From contig OZ024741.1 in the NCBI GenBank assembly GCA_964016885.1, forward strand, positions 287,122,001 to 287,186,000: DNA of 64,000 nt, given 5' to 3'. Every line of letters begins with the position of its first letter. Within the stretch, counting starts at the first letter, position 1. Position numbers and translations under genes: made by a program. Source of the stretch: Eledone cirrhosa. Lineage: Eukaryota. Positions 12,708 through 29,776 of the stretch are shown one piece after another. The notes below the pieces were generated by a model, which was given only the letters and a program-made list of their open reading frames with translations, did no database searches and was not told the DNA's origin.

Positions 12708-14863
12708 TTGATTTTGCTGTGAAAAGATGTGTGGAGATGATCATTGAGAGTGAGGTGGAGTTCTGCGACGTCGACACAGACGAACTGGGCCTCCTACTTA
12801 GACTTACCTACGACACTGACTACCTAGACAGCCATGACCTTAGATGTTTCTGCCCTAGTAGACCTATAAGAGGTAGACCCCCCACCATAACCTCAATGGC
12901 TAAAAAGACTCCCATAGGAAGGTGGATTGGGTGGACCAAAGCTATACGGACCCCCCAAAACACTGATCAGGTAAGAAAAATGGTCGCACATGCAATAGGG
13001 GCTAGTATCAAAACTACCCTAAAGGGCCACATATTTAAGTTCAATGAGAAAATCTACACCCAAAATGAGGGAGCAGCCATCGGCATCAGCATAGCTGGCG
13101 ATGTTGCCAACCTTTTCATGGTATGGTGGGAAAGGAGACTTAAAGATCTCCTTAATGAAAGCTCCATAGACTTCATCATGTACTCTCGTTATGTAGACGA
13201 TATCAATATAGTTATAAGAACACCCCCACTAGAGAGCACTAACAAGTTTGATTTAGAACGTAGCACGATGGAAAGCATCCAGCAGATAGCTAATTCCATA
13301 CACCAGAGTATAACTGTAACTATAGACTTCCCTTCCAAACACCCTAACAATAGACTACCTGTATTAGACACAGAACTCTGGATTAACACTATAGACGAGA
13401 GAGCCCAAATTCTCCACTCACACTATGCTAAACCCATGGCCTCCAAATACCTGATACTCAAAAACTCAGCAATGTCCAGTAGTGCTAAGTTTAATATTCT
13501 GATCGCAGATTTGGTACGAGTGATGAAGAATGTGTCCAGCATGTGCGACCCAACAGAAATGGAAGGACACATCCAACACTTCATCAACCGCATGCAGTTC
13601 TCTGGCTACAACCAAAGAGACAGAGTCAGAGTATACGAAGGAGCCATGGAAAAGTATAAGACCCTCATAGAACTGGACATGAAAGGAATTTGCCCACTAT
13701 ACAGGAGCAAATCATGGAATAGCTTAGATAGGGCTAGACATAAGATAGGGAAGGCCACATCATGGTACGACAACCAGAGATATCAGAGTGTCATGTTTGT
13801 GGACGCCACCCCTGGAGGGAAATTAGCTAACCAGTGTAGAAAGGCCCTGAGAAAGACCCACTTAAAAATAAAGGTGGTAGAAAAGCCAGGAACCACCATA
13901 AAATCCCTGATCAGCAAAACCTACCCTTTTAAGAAAACCCACTGTACCAATAGGAAATGTATCATATGTAAGGTGAACCCCCGGATAAACTGTAAAACTA
14001 GAAACGTAGTCTATAGCATAAGATGTACAGAGGGTACTTGCAGAAACACGACAACAACATACATAGGTGAGACAGCTCGTAGCATAGGTGAAAGGATAGA
14101 CCAACACTGGGGGGAACTAAAAGGACGAAAAAACGGGTCAGTACTATACGAACATGCTAGACAACATCATGACGGTAACATAGACAACATAGAAATTAGA
14201 ATAATATCTAAACATAGGAATGACCCAGCAGATAGGCAAATCAGAGAGGCCAGTGAAATAGAAATTAGAAGACCAAAGCTAAACAGAAAGAATGAGTGGA
14301 ACAACAACAACACCCAAACAAACAACACTGACCTAAGAGAAGTATAAATAAATAAGTAAATAAAATAAAATAAAATAAGATAAATAAATACATACACAAG
14401 CACATAAACACACACTAGTCACCCAGCAGACACAACACTATACACACTAGTCACACATCACACATAACACTATACACACACGCAAACGCATGCGCAAAGA
14501 AGACAAAATAAAATAAGATAAACAAACAAGCAAATAAATAAATAAATATATAGACAGACTGAACAAAAAAAATGGCGTAGACATACAACACAACAGGAGG
14601 AACAATGAATATAACACCACTGACGATGTTGCAGATGTGCAACGAAAGATTTATGTAAACTATATATGTATGTGTTTGTCTATATTGTATCTGTATTATT
14701 TTTGACCGCCGGTCAGTCAATGGCAACATTGAGGACCGAGTAAGTTAGATCGCAGATATATATATATAAAAGACAGCGAGAAGCGAAAACCAACCAAACA
14801 GTGAGTGTGTTCTGTTATTAATTCTGGCAATATTACGCAAATATGACCCTCCCCAAATATAAC
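12706..14863 (+). mobile_element. Penelope-like element family B, forward 5'-truncated copy (open frame to 14347, then ~515-nt 3' UTR/pLTR)
   Basis: RT motifs B' (QNEGAAIG) and C (RYVDD), PVLDTELW, Cys-rich linker CTNRKCIIC, GIY-YIG VVYSIRC..YIGET, LNRKNEW end. Abuts a (TA)n array. Confidence 0.93.
14609..14665 (+). ncRNA. Minimal type I hammerhead motif in PLE-B 3' UTR/pLTR
   Basis: CUGACGA (14620-26), extra U, stem II GUUGCA/UGCAAC, GAAA, GAUU loop, UA. Stem I is weak (CA/UG, internal loop, AUAUA/UAUAU). Confidence 0.55.
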
Positions 14864-20092
<5,229 letters not shown>

Positions 20093-21033
20093 GTTATATT
20101 TGGGGAGGGTCATATTTGCGTAATATTGCCAGAATTATTAACAGAACACACTCACTGTTTGGTTGGTTTTCGCTTCTCGCTGTCTTTTATATATATATAT
20201 CTGCGATCTAACTTACTCGGTCCTCAATGTTGCCATTGACTGACCGGCGGTCAAAAATAATACAGATACAATATAGACACAAACACATATATATAGTTTA
20301 CATAATTTACATAAATCTTTTGTTGCACATCTGCAACATCGTCAGTGGTGTTATATTCATTGTTCCTCCTGTTGTGTTGTATGTCTACGCCATTTTTTTT
20401 GTTGAGTCTGTCTATATATTTATTTATTTATTTGCTTGTTTGTTTATCTTATTTTATTTTGTCTTCTTTGCGCATGCGTTTGCGTGTGTGTATAGTGTTA
20501 TGTGTGATGTGTGACTAGTGTGTATAGTGTTGTGTCTGCTGGGTGACTAGTGTGTGTTTATGTGCTTGTGTATGTATTTATTTATCTTATTTTATTTAAT
20601 TTTATTTACTTATTTATACTTCTCTTAGGTCAGTGTTGTTTGTTTGGGTGTTGTTGTTGTTCCACTCATTCTTTCTGTTTAGCTTTGGTCTTCTAATTTC
20701 TATTTCACTGGCCTCTCTGATTTGCCTATCTGCTGGGTCATTCCTATGTTTAGATATTATTCTAATTTCTATGTTGTCTATGTTACCGTCATGTTGTTGT
20801 CTAGCATGTTCGTATAGTACTGATCCGTTTTTTCGTCCTTTTAGTTCCCCCCAGTGTTGGTCTATCCTTTCACCTATGCTACGAGCTGTCTCACCTATGT
20901 ATGTTGTTGTCATGTTTCTGCAAGTACCCTCTGTACATCTTATGCTATAGACTACGTTTCTAGTTTTACAGTTTATCCGGGGGTTCACCTTACATATGAT
21001 ACATTTCCTATTGGTACAGTGGGTTTTCTTAAA
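20093..21033 (-). mobile_element. PLE-B third copy, 3' portion only (Cys linker, GIY-YIG, 3' UTR)
   Basis: Near-identical to 10808-~11743. Its hammerhead G12 is mutated (20321) and there is an adjacent 9-bp duplication. Confidence 0.92.
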
Positions 21034-21221
21034 TATATATATATGGATGTATATATAATGTATTTTGCAATACACTTTATATATTGCTATTTCAGAGCCC
21101 CAATTCTAATTTTTAATTTCTGCCTGACCAACAACCGCTCTGCATAATCAGCTCCTGATTATTTACTAGATTTCTATAAGAATATAACATCAATGATCTC
21201 AGCAAACAGGTGGGGTAGTTG

Positions 21222-21263
21222 GCCTTGATAAGCTTCAACCAAAGCGAAACAAGTCTTGTCGGC
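21222..21263 (+). ncRNA. Type I hammerhead ribozyme, U3-A8 variant, predicted cleavage after 21260
   Basis: GCC-UUGAUAA-GCUU(CAACCA)AAGC-GAAA-CAA(GUC)UUG-UC-GGC. Stem I extends to 21194/21288. Confidence 0.8.
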
Positions 21264-21537
21264 TTATCTCCCCTGTTTGCTGAGATCAAAGTGAGTGAAT
21301 TTGTCACTACTTTAAAACAATAGCTTACGGTCTTCAAAATGCTTTTAATTAAGCATAAAGTGTATTGCAAAATACATTATATATACATCCATATATATAT
21401 TGCTATTTCAGAGCCCCAATTCTAATTTTTAATTTCTGCCTGACCAACAACCGCTCTGCATAATCAGCTCCTGATTATTTACTAGATTTCTATAAGAATA
21501 TAACATCAATGATCTCAGCAAACAGGTGGGGTAGTTG

Positions 21538-21579
21538 GCCTTGATAAGCTTCAACCAAAGCGAAACAAGTCTTGTCGGC
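21538..21579 (+). ncRNA. Type I hammerhead ribozyme, unit 2, predicted cleavage after 21576
   Basis: Identical to 21222-21263. Confidence 0.8.
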
Positions 21580-21853
21580 TTATCTCCCCTGTTTGCTGAG
21601 ATCAAAGTGAGTGAATTTGTCACTACTTTAAAACAATAGCTTACGGTCTTCAAAATGCTTTTAATTAAGCATAAAGTGTATTGCAAAATACATTATATAT
21701 ACATCCATATATATATTGCTATTTCAGAGCCCCAATTCTAATTTTTAATTTCTGCCTGACCAACAACCGCTCTGCATAATCAGCTCCTGATTATTTACTA
21801 GATTTCTATAAGAATATAACATCAATGATCTCAGCAAACAGGTGGGGTAGTTG

Positions 21854-21895
21854 GCCTTGATAAGCTTCAACCAAAGCGAAACAAGTCTTGTCGGC
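21854..21895 (+). ncRNA. Type I hammerhead ribozyme, unit 3, predicted cleavage after 21892
   Basis: Identical to 21222-21263. Confidence 0.8.
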
Positions 21896-22148
21896 TTATC
21901 TCCCCTGTTTGCTGAGATCAAAGTGAGTGAATTTGTCACTACTTTAAAACAATAGCTTACGGTCTTCAAAATGCTTTTAATTTAGCATAAAGTGTATTGC
22001 AAAATACATTATATATACATCCATATATATATTGCTATTTCAGAGCTACAATTCTAATTTTTAATTTCTGCCTGACCAACAACCGTTCTGCATAATCAGC
22101 TCCTGATTATTTACTAGATTTCTATAAGAATATAACATCAATGATCTC

Positions 22149-22250
22149 ATTACACAAATATGACCCTCCCCAAGTATAACAATATTGTTATACTTGGGGA
22201 GGGTCATATTTGTGTAATAATATTACCAGAATTAATAACAGAACACACTC
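22149..22250. mobile_element. PLE-B terminal module variant forming a 70-bp perfect palindrome (22149-22218)
   Basis: attacacaaatatgaccctccccaagtataacaat|attgttatacttggggagggtcatatttgtgtaat. Confidence 0.85.
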
Positions 22251-22492
22251 AGCAAAATCAGTGAGTGCAACAAAAACAGGAACCTATCCAACTGCATAAT
22301 AGGCAGTATGGATGTGGTATCACTGTACCCAACCATTAACATTGATTTTGCTGTGGAAAAATGTGTGGAGATGATTATTGAGAGTGAGGTGGAGTTCTGC
22401 GACGTCGACACAGACGAACTGGGCCTCCTACTTAGATTTACCTACGACACTGACTACCTAGACAGCCATGACCTTAGACGTTTCTGCCCCAG
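22251..22492 (+). mobile_element. PLE-B internal fragment containing RT motif A
   Basis: IIGSMDVVSLYPTINIDFAVEKCVEMIIESE..FCPS. Overlaps 12706-12860 and extends it upstream. Confidence 0.88.
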
Positions 22493-23774
22493 TATACATA
22501 TATATATATATATCATAAATCATGTGCTTAGAATTATTAGATAAAATATATACCATTTCCTCTCCCAATTAGCATAATTAACCATATAAAAAATCAATTA
22601 GACCAAGCTATAAGAAGAAAGGCTCTTATGAAGAAATTTCCGACAAATAACCGAAAGTGGCCTCTTCGCGGTGGCCCCAATAGAGTATTTATCCAACATT
22701 TCGACAGCATGTAGAAACTGACTAAATATACCATCAACCATACACAATTTGGTGTAAAATTAAACTTATATATATATATATATATATATACATATATCGT
22801 AGGTTTTTGTAGTTATATTTGTCGAGCGAACAACATGAGATAAGCCGAAGAATTTATTGTTCCAATACACCATTATCATAACATCGCCTATCCGAATATT
22901 GCACTCGAATTTGTACAAAATATATGTAGCATGCTTCGACAGCCTGGATATGTACTCACTTCAGCAGATGCTGTTCATATACAAGAAGTTAATATTTTTT
23001 CATTTGTAAGTAAATAATATATTTATCTTCCAAATGTATCCCCTTTAGCAAATATAAAATCAATCAGTAGTAACATTTTTATCGGTGAACAAATAAGGTA
23101 CAAGAAAGATGACAAGATCGATATATAAAGCTAATGCTTCTGCACAGACATTGAAAACATTGGTTTCAATACAGTAACACCACAATTATAAAATATCTGT
23201 AAGTAGTAAATTAAGTGGAATCTATTTCAGTTAACGACAGAGCCGTAAAAGATAAGAGTAATTCCGTCGAAATTTGAATTAAGAAAAGGAAGGTTTGCAA
23301 TAAATGTCTTTACTGTTTTTAAACAACCACACTAGTGTTTTAATTGTGATTACTTTCACCTTAATCAGGCTATGATGTTGACTTCTTATTTAGGCACAAG
23401 ATAAACAAATTTGAGGAAAGGCAAAGTTTGGACTTGAACTCAGAATGTAAATATCCAGAACGAATACCACAATGGCATTTCATCTAACACTCTACCTCCC
23501 TTTAATTAGGCTATAAACAAAGGGAGAATTATAGCAGCTAGGGGAAATTCCACTCCACTGTTGTTTACATAATTCTTCGTAATGGAGTGAAGGGATGAGA
23601 AATTGCTAGTACAGTGATCGATCGATTGATAAATGCTATGATGCCCCAGATGTGAGTGACTAACGATGTGGAACGACGACGCCAAACAAGGATGTTGTGA
23701 AATCAGTGTAATGAAATCAAATTTTAAAATAAAGTAAACTGAACTGTCAATGGAAGCCATTGGGTTTCACATTG

Positions 23775-23777
<3 letters not shown>

Positions 23778-23814
<37 letters not shown>

Positions 23815-23909
23815 TAGAGATGGTTAGATAGATTGATAGATTGATAAATGAATATATACTGTATATATATATAGGGAGATAGAGAGAGAGGGGTTAGAGA
23901 TAGAGAAAT

Positions 23910-23967
<58 letters not shown>

Positions 23968-24290
23968 GGAGGAAATGGAGATAAAAGGAAAAGGGGGAGA
24001 AGAAAGAAAAGAGGAGAGAGCGAGAGAGAGAGAGAAAAGAATGGAAACAGAAACAGGAGAAAGAGGGAAAGAAAAGAAGGGAGAAGAAAGAGGGAGAGGA
24101 GAGAAAAGAAGGAAAAGAGAGAGAGGAAGATAAAAGAATGGAGAAGAAAGAGAGAGAGGGGGAGAGGAAAAAGAGAGAGGAAGATAAAAGAATGGAGAAG
24201 AAAGAGAGAGAGAGGGAGAGGAAAGAGAGAAGGAGAGGGGAGAGAAAAGAAGGGAAAGGAAAGAGAGAAAATAAGCGAGAGGAAAGAGAG
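23778..24290. repeat. (GA)n / purine-rich low-complexity tract
   Basis: Direct reading, with an internal ~50-bp duplication. Confidence 0.9.
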
Positions 24291-24345
24291 CCGTGTGAGT
24301 TTAAAGGCGAATTATTAATTTATTTTAATTATTATATAATTAGAT

Positions 24346-24511
24346 AGGCGCAGGTATGTCTGTAGTTAAGAAGTTTGATTCTCTTTCAATTACACGATTT
24401 CTATTTGGATACACTGCGTGGTACTGTAAGCAAGTGTCTTCTACTAAAGCCTCACGTCGATCAAAGCCACGTGAGGGAAATTTGGTAGAAGGAAACTGTG
24501 TGGAAGCCCGT
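24346..24511 (+). mobile_element. Degenerate tRNA-derived SINE
   Basis: aggcgcagg..cactgcgtgg..gcaagtgtcttctact..ggaaactg..gaagcccg pattern, recalled from octopus SINEs and not verified by search. Confidence 0.55.
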
Positions 24512-24789
24512 GGGTGGGTCCGTTCTTGCCCGTGGATGGGTCTATTGGTAGATTTAATTCATTGCTCAGTTCTTGGATATCTTTAGCATAACTACATATA
24601 TATCTGAGACAATGTATTTTGCTGCCTGAAACATAAATGCCTCAGATCACTTCCACAAGGAGGCCATTAGGCAGGTTGGGAAATACTCATTTGAAAATAT
24701 GTTACATTAACTAGCTCAAACCTAGTTTTTCACCTCACCTATTTTACACCGCAACTACTACATTCTCTCTCTACTAAAGTCTGTCTCGA

Positions 24790-25040
24790 GCCCGGAGGCT
24801 CATTAGGCCGATGCTTATCCCGATTTCCGTGGCGTGAAGCGACTGAGAGTACAAGACTCCCCCTGGAGAGGACACTAGTACATTGCAGGGAAAAAAACCC
24901 AGCTATTGCTGGTACTCATTTTCAGCTGAGTATACTGGAGCAATGTGAAATGAAGTGTTTTGCTCAGCAACACAACACGCAACCCTGTCTAGAAATCGAA
25001 CCTACGATATTAAGATCGTAATTTCAACACCCTTACCACC
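24790..25040 (-). mobile_element. Degenerate tRNA-derived SINE
   Basis: Minus-strand A-box/B-box-like head (gtggtaag...ggttcgatttc). Body related to 37955-38073. Confidence 0.6.
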
Positions 25041-26378
25041 ATCTTCACACTCTCTCCTAACGTAATTAGCTATAAAATACTTGTTTCTCCTCCATTCCTC
25101 ATTTTTACTATATTTCTCTTCCCGAACATTTTTCCCAACCTTTCTTGTAAGAACCATCTAGAACTCATTTCCAATTTGGTTTATGTATTTTTTTTATGCA
25201 TGTCCTTCAGGCAAAAATCTATTTTAACAAGTGTTGTACAGACCAATGTCTGCTCTGATCAGGCAGGTTCATTGTATGCAAGGACCCTTTTAAACGACTA
25301 GTGAACTACGTGTCTAAATTACATATATTTAATATCCCCGCCTAATGAAGGACTGCAATTGTTAATTGTATGTAGTGAAATGTGACAGAGCAGACATGTA
25401 ATCTCGCCATTGTAAAAGCAATTCGTTATGTCTTTAGGGGAACTAGTAGAAAAAAACATTCTAACATATGTAGTGTGCGTATTGATATTATATGCAAATA
25501 TATATGCATGTAGATATGATACATCAAATAAAATCGTAATTGACTATATGCACAGAAATTGAAGAGAGACTGTGTTACACTCTTTTCTGTAATCAGTAAA
25601 GTAATCCATGATACATTTAAAAAAGACGATATTACATATAAACTGCATTACGGTGAAATGTAATCAAAACGAAAAAGAAGAAAATTAGCGACAGTAATAT
25701 AAACGTTATGATATAACGACGCAAATATATGAACGTGTCCGTTATATCATAACCGGAAGTATTGACATTTGAAAGTTTTAAAAGAAGTGAATATTGAAAT
25801 AAGCAATCATTATATATAAGAATATTTATGTTTAATCAACAGCTACGAAATTTAGTACATAAATTATGTAATATTCATTCATTATTTATTCAAAGTAATC
25901 CAAGTTATTTTACTAATGGGATAACAAAATATATTCAGGACACATTCCCGCACTCCTCCTTTATTATATTCTGATTGCCTATTTTGCAGCAATTCATGTC
26001 AACTCCGACTGGAGGAATAGGACAGTATTCGAATTTAATAAATTAATCCAGGATATAGAAAGTCGTAACTAAATAGTGCGACGGATTTTTAGGACACTCT
26101 AGCGATACGGCCAATCTACCATCTTAAAATAGATGGTAATATATTAAAAACATAGCAACATTGTTTAAGACTCTTACAAGCATTCAAGCCAGTTCTTCGG
26201 TCTTAGAGGTTGCATTCTTATTGCAGCAACCCACGAGTCGGGTTTTCGTCCCCCATACTCTGCTAATGTTATCTTTGAGATCCTGCAAAGGCTATAGACT
26301 CGGACCTCACTATTCTGAACTAGGCATCAAACGAACCATAGCATAATAACGTGGTTGAAAATATCACTACGTACTTAC

Positions 26379-26532
26379 CCCAGCCAATAAGTAAGAAATG
26401 CCAGAGATGCATCTTGTCTGCCGAATAAGTCCAAACAACGATGATATGGAGATATAGTCCTTCAGCAAACATCCAGTAGAAGTGTGTTGATTGAAAATAG
26501 CTGAATGCTATCACAAAACCTTGGCACACCCA
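26379..26532 (-). CDS. Class B1 GPCR (CRF/DH44-receptor-like) internal exon, TM3-ICL2-start of TM4
   Basis: tttcag|WVCQGFVIAFSYFQSTHFYWMFAEGLYLHIIVVWTYSADKMHLWHFLLIGW-G|gtaagt. 154 nt, phase 0 to 1. FxWMxxEGxYLH and IGWG signatures. Confidence 0.93.
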
Positions 26533-27659
26533 CTGAAAGCAATAAAAACAGATCATATGTTGATTATAATTTAAAAATAAAACAAATGCTTTGAATTATT
26601 TCAAATTCTCTGACAAAATTCCGATCTATGAGCTCCATTCATCAAATACACATCCTTAACGTAGTTAAAGATGAGCTTTTTCTTTAGAACAAGAAAATAT
26701 TTCATCATCCTTCCAACAATTTCTCACTCTCTACAAAACTCAGGTAATATCACAGGGAAATACTACTCACACAAGAAGTCGATTCCCCCTCACATATTCA
26801 TTCTTTCACTCTCTATCCTTCTCTGGAAGAAATCGGTTGTATTCGGATCAGGAGAGGAGATGGGCTCCACCAGGTTTAAAAAGGTGCCCTAGAAACGCCT
26901 TATGTCCATTCGGCGCCCCAACGATCCCTTTGAAAGTCACGGGAATATGCATGCATGCAAAGTGTGATTTCAGGAACATTTGACTGCATTTTCTAATGGT
27001 CAAGCCACAACATAGTCACTAATTCGAAACAGCTGTTGTGGTACCAGCTGTTGGATATTGATTATTCTTCAATATAACATGTTATTGCTCTTCATAATAT
27101 TCTTCTTCCTGGTTCTTCAGTATTTTCCTTTGTTTACTTACTGCTCAACCATGCATTATATCACACCCTTCCCTTCAACATTACATCTAGTAACGAAGTC
27201 AATAAGTTACATCGTTAACGAAAGTCCACTGTCAGTTGTGATATATATGTGAGTGTCTGTGTGTGCGTCAGAGAATAAGTGTGTATGTTATGTATGTGTG
27301 TGTGTGTATGAGTGTATTTGTTGCGTGTAAGTATGTGTGTGAGTATATGCGAGTGAATGTGTATGTGTATAGGTGTATTTGTGTGAGTATGTAAGTGTGT
27401 ATGTGTGTATGTGCGTATGTGACTGTGGACGTGTAAGTATGTGTGTGTGTTGTGTGTTAGTTTTGATCTATGATATATTATTAATTACTATCAGGAACAT
27501 CATGCATGTGTGAACAAAGATAGAATAAATCATGGCAGCGAAAAACTAGGGTGCGGAATATTAGGAAACACGGCAGCAGACAGTGTGGAAGATAAATTAA
27601 TACACACACAGACACAGCCACACACACACACACATGCAAATACACTTTTGCATATATAT

Positions 27660-27694
<35 letters not shown>

Positions 27695-27830
27695 GAAATT
27701 GACAATACCACTGAAAATATATTTAAGGGCCTGTTTTATCCTTTCTTTGATTCGTCAAAGTGGCATTATTGAAAAAATGAGAGGGACAATTCTTTTAAAA
27801 AAAGACTTTTATAATGTATATAAAGTATAT

Positions 27831-27882
27831 CAAATATTACCGGTTTCGATGTTTTAGTAAAATTTATCTTATCAAATGTTGA
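27831..27882 (-). ncRNA. Partly decayed minimal hammerhead (UUGAUAA core, CCGG palindromic loop)
   Basis: caacau-UUGAUAA-GAU..AUC-GAAA-CCGG-UA-auauuug. Mismatch in proximal stem I. Confidence 0.45.
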
Positions 27883-28058
27883 CTATTACAATTAAAAAGA
27901 ATTAATAAGGATTAAAAACTGAAAATTAAAGATTTAAAATTAAGTGTTGAGATAAGTTTTTCCATTTCCTGTTTGAGAAAGAGACTGGAAAATGAACTCG
28001 TGTGTATAGAGAGAGCGGTGGCAGTAGCAGCAGCAGCGTTGGTAGTTGTGTGTCTGTG

Positions 28059-28145
<87 letters not shown>

Positions 28146-28226
28146 GGTAAACAGAAATAACAACACAATCGGTATAGTATATTGAAGGGATATATTAGGT
28201 TAACGCTTGATATAGCAGGAAGAGGG

Positions 28227-28262
28227 TCTTAATATTTCGGACGCTAGTCCTTCATCTGAAGA
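28227..28262 (-). ncRNA. Hammerhead-like motif with A at position 4
   Basis: UCUU-CAGAUGA-A-GGAC(UAGC)GUCC-GAAA-UA-UU-AAGA. Confidence 0.45.
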
Positions 28263-28273
28263 AAGAATGAGAA

Positions 28274-28358
28274 ATAAGATAGATTGAGGGGCCGGGCGGG
28301 ATGGAATTGGAAAAAATGTCTTTAGATAAAAATAACAGGCCCATTCATGTTGATATCT

Positions 28359-28412
<54 letters not shown>

Positions 28413-28674
28413 TGTATGTATGTATATATATGTATATATACTGCGTCTGCTATTGACACGTCAGTTCTTGTCTGACGGCCTTGTAATAAACAAGACACAC
28501 TATTTACTCCACTTTGGTGTTGAGTACTCGTTTCTCCCAGCCGTCAACTACATACGGATATATATCTATATCTACACACATATATATATATATAAGAGAT
28601 AACATAAATGGGCCTGTTATTTTCATCTAAAGACATTTTTTCCAATTCCATCCCGCCCGGCCCCCTCAATCTAT

Positions 28675-28680
<6 letters not shown>
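28274..28680. repeat. ~88-bp inverted repeat (28274-28362 / 28594-28680) bounded by TA runs
   Basis: ataagatagattgaggggccgggcgggg.. versus ..cccgcccggccccctcaatctatcttat. Confidence 0.8.
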
Positions 28681-28717
<37 letters not shown>

Positions 28718-28718
28718 G

Positions 28719-28803
<85 letters not shown>

Positions 28804-29369
28804 CTGTACAAGCCACAATTGTTTCTATGCATACTATTACCTCCATATAATTAGTGGTGACATTATGTTTATCACTATGAAATGGTAACTCGACTGTTAA
28901 CTATACATATTATGGAGTCCTCTAGTATTTTATTTCTGTAGAATGGTACCCATAACATCTTATCACTACACATATATAAATATAGATACGCCCATACAAG
29001 CCACACGCGCACACATACACGCACATCAAATTTACAAATAGATATAGACTAAGACATATATACAGATTAATTCCAATATTAAATATGACACATTACAGAC
29101 AAGAATTTTAACAATGGAAACAAGCAAGGAAATATAAAAAACCAATATCTATATACAATCTATATACAATCTATATACAATGCAAATATATGTAACATAC
29201 ATAACAGTTCAATCAACGCCAACATCATCACTACAAAAAATTATATACATACACAAATGCACGTATATGTATGTATATATGCATGCAGTCATGCATGTAT
29301 GTATGTATGTATGCAAGCATGTATATATATATGTGTCGATATTTATATATGTATGTATATAAATATATT

Positions 29370-29400
<31 letters not shown>

Positions 29401-29448
29401 GTGTCTGTACACACACACGTGATTACATACATAAATATCGTGTGTGTG

Positions 29449-29508
<60 letters not shown>

Positions 29509-29513
29509 CACAC

Positions 29514-29567
<54 letters not shown>

Positions 29568-29637
29568 TTTATGTATGTAATCACGTGTGTGTGTACAGAC
29601 ATATATATATATGTATGTAAATATATTTATATACACA

Positions 29638-29702
29638 CAGTGAGTGTGTTCTGTTATTAATTCTGGCAATATTATTACACAAATATGACCCTCCCCAAGT
29701 AT

Positions 29703-29707
<5 letters not shown>
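29638..29707 (+). mobile_element. Solo PLE-B terminal module followed by (TA)n
   Basis: cagtgagtgtgttctgttattaattctggcaatattattacacaaatatgaccctccccaagtataac, the same variant as at 22186-22250. Confidence 0.85.

Positions 29708-29776
<69 letters not shown>

Larger units (their letters stand above)
21081..22149 (+). repeat. 316-bp tandem array, ~3.4 units (candidate non-LTR retrozyme)
   Basis: ttgctatttcagagc recurs at 21084, 21400, 21716, 22032. Units near-identical. Each full unit has a hammerhead. Confidence 0.95.

Noticed and set aside
21095-21160. Second, minus-strand hammerhead in the 316-bp unit (CUGAUUA..GCA-GAAA)
   Set aside because: G8 is lost without compensation and no stem I adjoins the core, so an ambisense ribozyme pair is not supported.
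21113-21969. Three repeated 74-85 aa ORFs, or a CRISPR-like array
   Set aside because: The ORFs are antisense by-products of the tandem unit with no recognisable motif. There are no unique spacers or cas genes, and the DNA is eukaryotic.
25335-25395. CUAAUGA..GAAA hammerhead-like spacing
   Set aside because: G5 is missing, and there is no NUH site or stem I.
22500-26300. Search for the next GPCR exon (rest of TM4), and for the TM1 exon above 44165
   Set aside because: No candidate with both splice sites and a matching translation was found by eye. The exons may lie outside the window or in the gap.
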